From: Cyanophora paradoxa CCMP329 | Lineage: Eukaryota; Plantae; Glaucophyta | Assembly (NCBI GenBank): GCA_004431415.1 | Contig: QPMI01000363.1 | Location: 1 to 41,788 of the forward strand | DNA length: 41,788 nucleotides | Reading direction: 5' to 3' | Shown: positions 31,440-41,788 of the stretch, piece by piece | Position numbering within the stretch: the first letter of the stretch is position 1 | Layout: each line of letters begins with the position of its first letter | Translations under genes and position numbers: made by a program | The notes under the pieces: model-generated | Seen by the model: the letters and a program-made list of their open reading frames with translations, nothing else | Database searches by the model: none | What the model was told of the DNA's origin: nothing

Positions 31440-32595
31440 TCTGGGGAAATATGCACAAGGCGCTAGCCTTAGGCAGATGACCCACCCACCAGCAAGTCAC
31501 TCATTCAAAGGCCCTAGGTTTCCAATCTGCCAGAAAATAGAAGAAAGATGCACCCCGAATCTCCCTGGGGGAATATGCACAAGGCGCTAGCCTTAGGCAG
31601 ATGAAACCACCCACCAGCAAGTCACTCCGTCGAAGGCCCCAGGTTTCCAATCTGCCAGAAAATAGAAAACAGATGCACTCCAAATCTCTCTGGGGGAATA
31701 TGCACAAGGCGCTAGCCTTAGGCAGATGACCCACCCACCAGCAAGTCACTCAGTCGAAGGCCACAGGTTTCCGATCCGCCAGAAAATAAAAGAAAGATGC
31801 ACCCCAAATCTCTATGGGGAAATATGCACAAGGCGCTAGCCTTAGGCAGATGACCCACCCACCACCAAGTCACTCAGTCGAAGGCCCCAGGTTTCCGATC
31901 TGCCACAAAAAAGAAGAAGGATGCACCCCAAATCTCTCTGGGGGAATATGCACAAGGAGCTAGCCGTAGGCAGATGACCCACCCACCAGTAAGTCACTGA
32001 GTCAAAGGCCCCAGGTTTCCAATCTGCCAGAAAATAGAAGAAAGATGCACCCAAAAACTCTCTGGGGAAATATGCACAAGGCGCTAGCCTTAGGCAGATG
32101 ACCCACCCACCAGCAAGTCACTCAGTCGAAGGCCACAGGTTTCCGATCCGCCAGAAAATAAAAGAAAGATGCACCCCAAATCTCTATGGGGAAATATGCA
32201 CAAGGCGCTAGCCTTAGGCAGATGACCCACCCACCACCAAGTCACTCAGTCGAAGGCCCCAGGTTTCCGATCTGCCACAAAAAAGAAGAAGGATGCACCC
32301 CAAATCTCTCTGGGGAAATATGCACAAGGAGCTAGCCGTAGGCAGATGACCCACCCACCAGTAAGTCACTGAGTCAAAGGCCCCAGGTTTCCAATCTGCC
32401 AGAAAATAGAAGAAAGATGCACCCAAAAACTCTCTGGGGAAATATGCACAAGGCGCTAGCCTTAGGCAGATGACCCACCCACCAGCAAGTCACTCAGTCA
32501 AAGGCCCCAGGTTTCCAATCTGCCAGAAATAGAAAAAGGATGCACTTCAAATCTCTCTGGGGGAATATGCACAAGGCGCTAGCCTTAGGCAGATG
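31440..32595 (-). repeat. Satellite B, inverted block, right of LINE (124-type only; 372-bp trimer duplication)
   Basis: Reverse-complement monomers. Identical ORF-track peptides occur at 31842 and 32214 (offset 372). Confidence 0.97.
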
Positions 32596-32631
32596 GGTGG
32601 GTGCAGATAGCCTAAGGGAATATGCACAAGG

Positions 32632-35600
32632 GACTTGCTGGTGGGTGGGTCATCTGCCTAAGGCTAGCGCCTTGTGCATATTCCCCTAGAGAGATTTGGG
32701 ATGCATCTGTGTTCTATTTTCTGGCAGATTGGAACCCTGGGGCCTTCGAACGAGTGACTTGCTGGTGGGTGGATCATCTGCCTAAGGCTAGCGCCTTGTG
32801 CATATTCCCCTAGAGAGATTTGGGATGCATCTGTCTTTTTTGTGGCAGATCCCAAACCTCCAGCCTGTAACTGAGTGACTTGCTGGTGGGTGGGTCATCT
32901 GCCTAAGGCTAGCCCCTTTTGCATATTCCTCCAGAGATATTTGGGGCCCATCTTTCTTCTATTTTCTGGCAGATTGGAAACCTAGGGCCTTCAAATGAGT
33001 GACTTGCTGGTGGGTGGGGCATCTGCCTAAGGCTAGCGCCTTGTGCATATTCCCCTAGAGAGATTTGGGATGCATCTGTCTTTTTTGTGGCAGATCCCAA
33101 ACCTCCAGCCTGTAACTGAGTGACTTGCTGGTGGGTGGGTCATCTGCCTAAGGCTAGCGCCTTGTGCATATTCCCCCAGAGAGATTTGGAGTGCATCTGT
33201 CTTCTATTTTCTGGCAGATTGGAAACCTGGGGCCTTGGACTGAGTGACTTGCTGGTGGGTGGGTCATCTCCCTAAGGCTAGCGCCTTGTGCATATTCCTC
33301 CAGAGAGATTTGGGATGCATCTGTCTTTTTTGTGGCAGATCCCAAACCTCCAGCCTGTAACGGAGTGACTTGCTCGTGGGTGGGTCATCTGCCTAAGGCT
33401 AGCGCCTTGTGCATATTTTCCTAGAGAGATTTGGAATGCATCTGTGTTCTATTTTCTGGCAGATTGGCCTTCGAACGAGTGACTTGCTGGTGGGTGGATC
33501 ATCTCCCTAAGGCTAGCGCCTTGTGCATATTCCCCTAGAGAGATTTGGGATGCATCTGTCTTTTTTGTGGCAGATCCCAAACCTCCAGCCTGAACTGAGT
33601 GACTTGCTGGTGGGTGGGTCATCTGCCTAAGGCTAGCGCCTTGTGCATATTCCCCCAGAGAGATTTGGAGTGCATCTGTCTTCTATTTTCTGGCAGATTG
33701 GAAACCTGGGGCCTTGGACTGAGTGACTTGCTGGTGGGTGGGTCATCTGCCTAAGGCTAGCGCCTTGTGCATATTCCCCTAGAGAGATTTGGGATGCATC
33801 TGTCTTTTTTGTGGCAGATCCCAAACCTCCAGCCTGTAATTGAGTGACTTGCTGGTGGGTGGGTCATCTGCCTAAGGCTAGCGCCTTGTGCATATTCCCC
33901 TAGAGAGATTTTGGATGCATCTGTCTTTTTGTGGCAGATCCCAAACCTCCAGCCTGTAACTGAGTGACTTGCTGGTGGGTGGGTCATCTGCCTAAGGCTA
34001 GCGCCTTGTGCATATTCCCCAGAGATATTTGGGTCGCATCTTCTTCTATTTTCTGGCAGATTGGAAACCTAGGGCCTTCGAATGAGTGACTTGCTGGTGG
34101 GTGGGTCATCTGCCTAAGGCTAGCGCCTTGTGCATATTCCCCTAGAGAGATTTGGGATGCATCTGTCTTTTTTGTGGCAGATCCCAAACCTCCAGCCTGT
34201 ATCGGAGTGACTTGCTGGTGGGTGGGTCATCTCCCTAAGGCTAGCGCCTTGTGCATATTCCCCTAGAGAGATTTGGGATGCATCTGTGTTCTATTTTCTG
34301 GCAGATTGGAACACTGGGGCCTTCGAACGAGTGACTTGCTGGTGGGTGGATCATCTCCCTAAGGCTAGCGCCTTGTGCATATTCCCCTAGAGAGATTTGG
34401 GATGCATCTGTCTTTTTTGTGGCAGATCCCAAACCTCCAGCCTGTAACTGAGTGACTTGCTGGTGGGTGGGTCATCTGCCTAAGGCTAGCCCCTTTTGCA
34501 TATTCCCCTAGAGAGATTTGGAGTGCATCTGTGTTCTATTTTCTGGCAGATTGGAAACCTAGGGCCTTCAAATGAGTGACTTGCTGGTGGGTGGGTCATC
34601 TCCCTAAGGCTAGCGCCTTGTGCATATTCCCCTAGAGAGATTTGGGATGCATCTGTCTTTTTTGTGGCAGATCCCAAACCTCCAGCCTGGAACTGAGTGA
34701 CTTGCTGGTGGGTGGGTCATCTGCCTAAGGCTAGCCCCTTTTGCATATTCCTCCAGAGAGATTTGGAGTGCATCTGTCTTCTATTTTCTGGCAGATTGGA
34801 AACCTAGGGCCTTCAAATGAGTGACTTGCTGGTGGGTGGGCATCTGCCTAAGGCTAGCGCCTTGTGCATATTCCCCTAGAGAGATTTGGGATGCATCTGT
34901 CTTTTTGTGGCAGATCCCAAACCTCCAGCCTGTAACTGAGTGACTTGCTGGTGGGTGGGTCATCTGCCTAAGGCTAGCGCCTTGTGCATATTCCCCAGAG
35001 AGATTTGGAGTGCATCTGTCTTCTATTTTCTGGCAGATTGGAAACCTGGGGCCTTGGACTGAGTGACTTGCTGGTGGGTGGGTCATCTGCCTAAGGCTAG
35101 CGCCTTGTGCATATTCCCCTAGAGAGATTTGGGATGCATCTGTCTTTTTTGTGGCAGATCCCAAACCTCCAGCCTGTAACTGAGTGACTTGCTGGTGGGT
35201 GGGTCATCTGCCTAAGGCTAGCGCCTTGTGCATATTCCTCCAGAGATATTTGGGGCGCATCTTGCTTCTATTTTCTGGCAGATTGGAAACCTAGGGCCTT
35301 CGAATGAGTGACTTGCTGGTGGGTGGGTCATCTGCCTAAGGCTAGCGCCTTGTGCATATTCCCCTAGAGAGATTTGGGATGCATCTGTCTTTTTTGTGGC
35401 AGATCCCAAACCTCCAGCCTGTATGAGTGACTTGCTGGTGGGTGGGTCATCTCCCTAAGGCTAGCGCCTTGTGCATATTCCCCTAGAGAGATTTGGGATG
35501 CATCTGTCTTTTTTGTGGCAGATCCCAAACCTCCAGCCTGTATCGGAGTGACTTGCTGGTGGGTGGGTCATCTGCCTAAGGCTAGCGCCTTGTGCATATT

Positions 35601-38600
35601 CCCCTAGTGAGATTTGGATGCATCTGTCTTTTTTGTGGCAGATCCCAAACCTCCAGCCTGTAACGGAGTGACTTGCTGGTGGGTGGGTCATCTGCCTAAG
35701 GCTAGCGCCTTGTGCATATTCCCCCAGAGAGATTTGGAGTGCATCTGTCTTCTATTTTCTGGCAGATTGGAAACCTGGGCCTTCAATGAGTGACTTGCTG
35801 GTGGGTGGGTCATCTCCTAAGGCTAGCGCCTTGTGCATATTCCCCTAGAGAGATTTGGATGCATCTGTCTTTTTTGTGGCAGATCCCAAACCTCAGCCTG
35901 TAACTGAGTGACTTGCTGGTGGGTGGGTCATCTGCCTAAGGCTAGCGCCTTGTGCATATTCCCCAGAGAGATTTGGATGCATCTGTCTTCTATTTTCTGG
36001 CAGATTGGAAACCTGGGCCTTGACTGAGTGACTTGCTGGTGGGTGGGTCATCTCCTAAGGCTAGCGCCTTGTGCATATTCCCCAGAGAGATTTGGGATGC
36101 ATCTGTCTTTTTTGTGGCAGATCCAAACCTCCAGCCTGTAACTGAGTGACTTGCTGGTGGGTGGGTCATCTGCCTAAGGCTAGCGCCTTGTGCATATTCC
36201 CCTAGAGAGATTTGGGATGCATCTGTGTTCTATTTTCTGGCAGATTGGAACCCTGGGGCCTTCGAACGAGTGACTTGCTGGTGGGTGGATCATCTGCCTA
36301 AGGCTAGCGCCTTGTGCATTCCCTAGAGAGATTTGGATGCATCTGTCTTTTTTGTGGCAGATCCAAACCTCCAGCCTGTAACTGAGTGACTTGCTGGTGG
36401 GTGGGTCATCTGCCTAAGGCTAGCCCTTTGCATATTCCTCCAGAGATATTTGGGGCGCATCTTCTTCTATTTTCTGGCAGATTGGAAACCTAGGGCCTTC
36501 AATGAGTGACTTGCTGGTGGGTGGGTCATCTGCCTAAGGCTAGCGCCTTGTGCATATTCCCCTAGAGAGATTTGGGATGCATCTGTCCTTTTTGTGGCAG
36601 ATCCCAAACCTCCAGCCTGTAACTGAGTGACTTGCTGGTGGGTGGGTCATCTGCCTAAGGCTAGCGCCTTGTGCATATTCCCCAGAGAGTTTTGGGTGCA
36701 TCTGTCTTCTATTTTCTGGCAGATTGGAAACCTGGGGCCTTCGACTTAGTGACTTGCTGGTGGGTGGGTCATCTGCCTAAGGCTAGCGCCTTGTGCATAT
36801 TCCCCTAGAGAGATTTGGATGCATCTGTCTTTTTGTGGCAGATCCCAAACCTCCAGCCTGTAATGAGTGACTTGCTGGTGGGTGGGTCATCTGCCTAAGG
36901 CTAGCGCCTTGTGCATATTCCCCTAGAGAGATTTGGGATGCATCTGTCTTTTTTGTGGCAGATCCCAAACCTCCAGCCTGTAACTGAGTGACTTGCTGGT
37001 GGGTGGGTCATCTGCCTAAGGCTAGCCCCTTTTGCATATTCCTCCAGAGATATTTGGGGCCCATCTTTCTTCTATTTTCTGGCAGATTGGAAACCTAGGG
37101 CCTTCAAATGAGTGACTTGCTGGTGGGTGGGTCATCTGCCTAAGGCTAGCGCCTTGTGCATATTCCCCTAGAGAGATTTGGGATGCATCTGTCTTTTTTG
37201 TGGCAGATCCCAAACCTCCAGCCTGTAACTGAGTGACTTGCTGGTGGGTGGGTCATCTGCCTAAGGCTAGCGCCTTGTGCATATTCCCCAGAGAGATTTG
37301 GGTGCATCTGTCTTCTATTTTCTGGCAGATTGGAAACCTGGGCCTTGACTGAGTGACTTGCTGGTGGGTGGGTCATCTCCTAAGGCTAGCGCCTTGTGCA
37401 TATTCCCCTAGAGAGATTTGGGATGCATCTGTCTTTTTGTGGCAGATCCCAAACCTCCAGCCTGTAACTGAGTGACTTGCTGGTGGGTGGGTCATCTGCC
37501 TAAGGCTAGCGCCTTGTGCATATTCCCCAGAGAGATTTGGGTGCATCTGTTCTATTTTCTGGCAGATTGAACCTGGGCCTTGACGAGTGACTTGCTGGTG
37601 GGTGGTCATCTGCCTAAGGCTAGCGCCTTGTGCATATCCCCTAGAGAGATTTGGATGCATCTGTCTTTTTGTGGCAGATCCAAACCTCCAGCCTGTAACT
37701 GAGTGACTTGCTGGTGGGTGGGTCATCTGCCTAAGGCTAGCCCCTTTTGCATATTCCTCCAGAGATATTTGGGGCCCATCGTTCTTCTATTTTCTGGCAG
37801 ATTTGAAACCTAGGGCCTTCAAATGAGTGACTTGCTGGTGGGTGGGTCATCTGCCTAAGGCTAGCGCCTTGTGCATATTCCCCTAGAGAGATTTGGGATG
37901 CATCTGTCTTTTTTGTGGCAGATCCCAAACCTCCAGCCTGTAACTGAGTGACTTGCTGGTGGGTGGGTCATCTGCCTAAGGCTAGCGCCTTGTGCATATT
38001 CCCCTAGAGAGATTTGGGATGCATCTGTCTTCTATTTTCTGGCAGATTGGAAACCTGGGGCCTTGACTGAGTGACTTGCTGGTGGGTGGGTCATCTGCCT
38101 AAGGCTAGCGCCTTGTGCATATTCCCCTAGAGAGATTTGGGATGCATCTGTCTTTTTGTGGCAGATCCCAAACCTCCAGCCTGTAACTGAGTGACTTGCT
38201 GGTGGGTGGGTCATCTGCCTAAGGCTAGCGCCTTGTGCATATTTCCCAGAGATTTGGGGCATCTTCTTCTATTTTCTGGCAGATGGAACCTGGCCTTATG
38301 AGTGACTTGCTGGTGGGTGGGTCATCTGCCTAAGGCTAGCGCCTTGTGCATATTCCCCTAGAGAGATTTGGGATGCATCTGTCTTTTTTGTGGCAGATCC
38401 CAAACCTCCAGCCTGTAACTGAGTGACTTGCTGGTGGGTGGGTCATCTGCCTAAGGCTAGCGCCTTGTGCATATTCCCCAGAGAGATTTGGGGTGCATCT
38501 GTCTTCTATTTTCTGGCAGATTGGAAACCTGGGGCCTTCGACTGAGTGACTTGCTGGTGGGTGGGTCATCTGCCTAAGGCTAGCGCCTTGTGCATATTCC

Positions 38601-41600
38601 CCTAGAGAGATTTGGGATGCATCTGTCTTTTTTGTGGCAGATCCCAAACCTCCAGCCTGTAATTGAGTGACTTGCTGGTGGGTGGGTCATCTGCCTAAGG
38701 CTAGCGCCTTGTGCATATTCCCCTAGAGAGATTTTGGATGCATCTGTCCTTTTTGTGGCAGATCCCAAACCTCCAGCCTGTAACTGAGTGACTTGCTGGT
38801 GGGTGGGTCATCTGCCTAAGGCTAGCGCCTTGTGCATTTTTCCTCAGAGAGTTTTTGGGTGCATTCTTCTTCTATTTTCTGGCAGATTGGAAACCTGGGG
38901 CCTTCAAATGAGTGACTTGCTGGTGGGTGGGTCATCTGCCTAAGGCTAGCGCCTTGTGCATATTCCCCTAGAGAGATTTGGGATGCATCTGTCTTTTTTG
39001 TGGCAGATCCAAACCTCCAGCCTGTAACTGAGTGACTTGCTGGTGGGTGGGTCATCTGCCTAAGGCTAGCGCCTTGTGCATATTCCCCCAGAGAGATTTG
39101 GGGTGCATCTGTCTTCTATTTTCTGGCAGATTGGAAACCTGGGGCCTTGGACTGAGTGACTTGCTGGTGGGTGGGTCATCTGCCTAAGGCTAGCGCCTTG
39201 TGCATATTCCCCTAGAGAGATTTGGATGCATCTGTCTTTTTTGTGGCAGATCCCAAACCTCCAGCCTGTAACTGAGTGACTTGCTGGTGGGTGGGTCATC
39301 TGCCTAAGGCTAGCGCCTTGTGCATATTCCCCTAGAGAGATTTTGGATGCATCTGTCTTTTTTGTGGCAGATCCCAAACCTCCAGCCTGTAACTGAGTGA
39401 CTTGCTGGTGGGTGGGTCATCTGCCTAAGGCTAGCGCCTTGTGCATTTTCCTCAGAGAGTTTTTGGGTGCATTCTTCTTCTATTTTCTGGCAGATTGGAA
39501 ACCTGGGGCCTTCGAATTAGTGACTTGCTGGTGGGTGGGTCATCTTCCTAAGGCTAGCGCCTTGTGCATATTCCCCTAGAGAGATTTGGATGCATCTGTC
39601 TTTTTTGTGGCAGATCCCAAACCTCCAGCCTGTAACTGAGTGACTTGCTGGTGGGTGGGTCATCTGCCTAAGGCTAGCGCCTTGTGCATATTCCCCTAGA
39701 GAGATTTGGGATGCATCTGTCTTTTTTGTGGCAGATCCCAAACCTCCAGCCTGTAACTGAGTGACTTGCTGGTGGGTGGGTCATCTGCCTAAGGCTAGCG
39801 CCTTGTGCATATTCCCCTAGAGAGATTTGGGATGCATCTGTCTTTTTTGTGGCAGATCCCAAACCTCCAGCCTGTAACTGAGTGACTTGCTGGTGGGTGG
39901 GTCATCTGCCTAAGGCTAGCGCCTTGTGCATATTCCCCTAGAGAGATTTTGGATGCATCTGTCTTTTTTGTGGCAGATCCCAAACCTCCAGCCTGTAACT
40001 GAGTGACTTGCTGGTGGGTGGGTCATCTGCCTAAGGCTAGCGCCTTGTGCATATTCCCCAGAGAGATTTGGGGTGCATCTTCTTCTATTTTCTGGCAGAT
40101 TGGAAACCTGGGGCCTTCGACTTAGTGACTTGCTGGTGGGTGGGTCATCTTCCTAAGGCTAGCGCCTTGTGCATATTCCCCTAGAGAGATTTGGGATGCA
40201 TCTGTCTTTTTTGTGGCAGATCCCAAACCTCCAGCCTGTAACTGAGTGACTTGCTGGTGGGTGGGTCATCTGCCTAAGGCTAGCGCCTTGTGCATATTCC
40301 CCTAGAGAGATTTGGGATGCATCTGTCTTTTTTGTGGCAGATCCCAAACCTCCAGCCTGTAACTGAGTGACTTGCTGGTGGGTGGGTCATCTGCCTAAGG
40401 CTAGCGCCTTGTGCATATTCCCCAGAGAGATTTGGGGTGCATCTGTCTTCTATTTTCTGGCAGATTGGAAACCTGGGGCCTTCGACTGAGTGACTTGCTG
40501 GTGGGTGGGTCATCTGCCTAAGGCTAGCGCCTTGTGCATATTCCCCTAGAGAGATTTTGGATGCATCTGTCTTTTTTGTGGCAGATCCCAAACCTCCAGC
40601 CTGTAACTGAGTGACTTGCTGGTGGGTGGGTCATCTGCCTAAGGCTAGCGCCTTGTGCATATTCCCCTAGAGAGATTTGGAGTGCATCTGTCTTTTTTGT
40701 GGCAGATCCCAAACCTCCAGCCTGTAACTGAGTGACTTGCTGGTGGGTGGGTCATCTGCCTAAGGCTAGCGCCTTGTGCATATTTCCCCAGAGAGTTTTT
40801 GGGTGCATTCTTCTTCTATTTTCTGGCAGATTGGAAACCTGGGGCCTTCGACTGAGTGACTTGCTGGTGGGTGGGTCATCTGCCTAAGGCTAGCGCCTTG
40901 TGCATATTCCCCTAGAGAGATTTGGGATGCATCTGTCTTTTTTGTGGCAGATCCCAAACCTCCAGCCTGTAACTGAGTGACTTGCTGGTGGGTGGGTCAT
41001 CTGCCTAAGGCTAGCGCCTTGTGCATATTCCCCTAGAGAGATTTGGGATGCATCTGTCTTTTTTGTGGCAGATCCCAAACCTCCAGCCTGTAACTGAGTG
41101 ACTTGCTGGTGGGTGGGTCATCTGCCTAAGGCTAGCGCCTTGTGCATATTCCCCAGAGAGATTTGGAGTGCATCTGTCTTCTATTTTCTGGCAGATCGGA
41201 AACCTGGGGCCTTCAACTGAGTGACTTGCTGGTGGGTGGGTCATCTGCCTAAGGCTAGCACCTTGTGCATATTCCCGTAGAGAGATTTTGGATGCATCTG
41301 TCCTTTTTGTGGCAGATCCCAAACCTCCAGCCTGTAACTGAGTGACTTGCTGGTGGGTGGGTCATCTGCCTAAGGCTAGCGCCTTGTGCATATTCCCCTA
41401 GAGAGATTTGGAGTGCATCTGTCTTTTTTGTGGCAGATCCCAAACCTCCAGCCTGTAACTGAGTGACTTGCTGGTGGGTGGGTCATCTGCCTAAGGCTAG
41501 CGCCTTGTGCATATTTCCCCAGAGAGTTTTTGGGTGCATCTGTCTTCTATTTTCTGGCAGATTGGAAACCTGGGGCCTTGGACTGAGTGACTTGCTGGTG

Positions 41601-41788
41601 GGTGGGTCATCTCCCTAAGGCTAGCGCCTTGTGCATATTCCTCCAGAGAGATTTGGGATGCATCTGTCTTTTTGTGGCAGATCCCAAACCTCCAGCCTGT
41701 AACGGAGTGACTTGCTGGTGGGTGGGTCATCTGCCTAAGGCTAGCGCCTTGTGCATATTCCCCTAGAGAGATTTGGATGCATCTGTCT
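32632..41788 (+). repeat. Satellite B array, right homogeneous domain (121- and 124-bp monomers, 245-bp dimers and 366-bp trimers)
   Basis: Periods are 245 (32664/32909/33154) and 121 (39674/39795). The array runs off the window end. Confidence 0.98.

Noticed and set aside
35700-38320. Cluster of shortened SatB monomers with many 1-3 bp deletions
   Set aside because: Deletions fall mostly in homopolymers or at variant positions, as expected from long-read or collapsed-consensus error. Not treated as biological without reads.
12724-41788. CRISPR-like array (regular repeats with palindromes)
   Set aside because: There are no unique spacers (whole monomers repeat), no cas genes, and the context is eukaryotic retroelements.
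12724-41788. Hammerhead ribozyme in satellite monomers (CTGAGTGA ... GAAAC in SatB; CTGTGAG ... CGAAAC in SatA)
   Set aside because: The cores deviate from CUGANGA, and I could not form stems II/III or a correctly placed NUH cleavage triplet.

Overview
This is eukaryotic satellite heterochromatin, possibly (peri)centromeric. It has two tandem-repeat families: SatA (146-147 bp monomer, 1-10632) and SatB (124 and 121 bp monomers, 12724-41788), both with higher-order repeats and inversions. Between them is a ~5.5 kb mosaic island: scrambled Ty3/Gypsy gag/pol fragments, a possible Polinton-like penton fragment, a perfect 45-bp-arm palindrome and an intact, intronless CAP10/GT90 glycosyltransferase ORF. 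An 11.3 kb inverted SatB block contains an apparently full-length ~8.9 kb APE-RT non-LTR retrotransposon (L1/Tx1-like) with a 9-bp TSD, a (TTC)n tail and structured UTRs. Its ORF2 is broken by two reconstructable lesions and ends in an unusual acidic/Pro-rich tail with twin SIM/PxVxI-like motifs and an NLS. A second, 14-nt ultra-truncated copy of the same element, with its own 9-bp TSD, lies elsewhere in SatB. The best candidate novel system is therefore a satellite/heterochromatin-targeting LINE family. All family assignments are from motifs recognised by eye, without database searches. Almost all short ORFs in the track are satellite artefacts.
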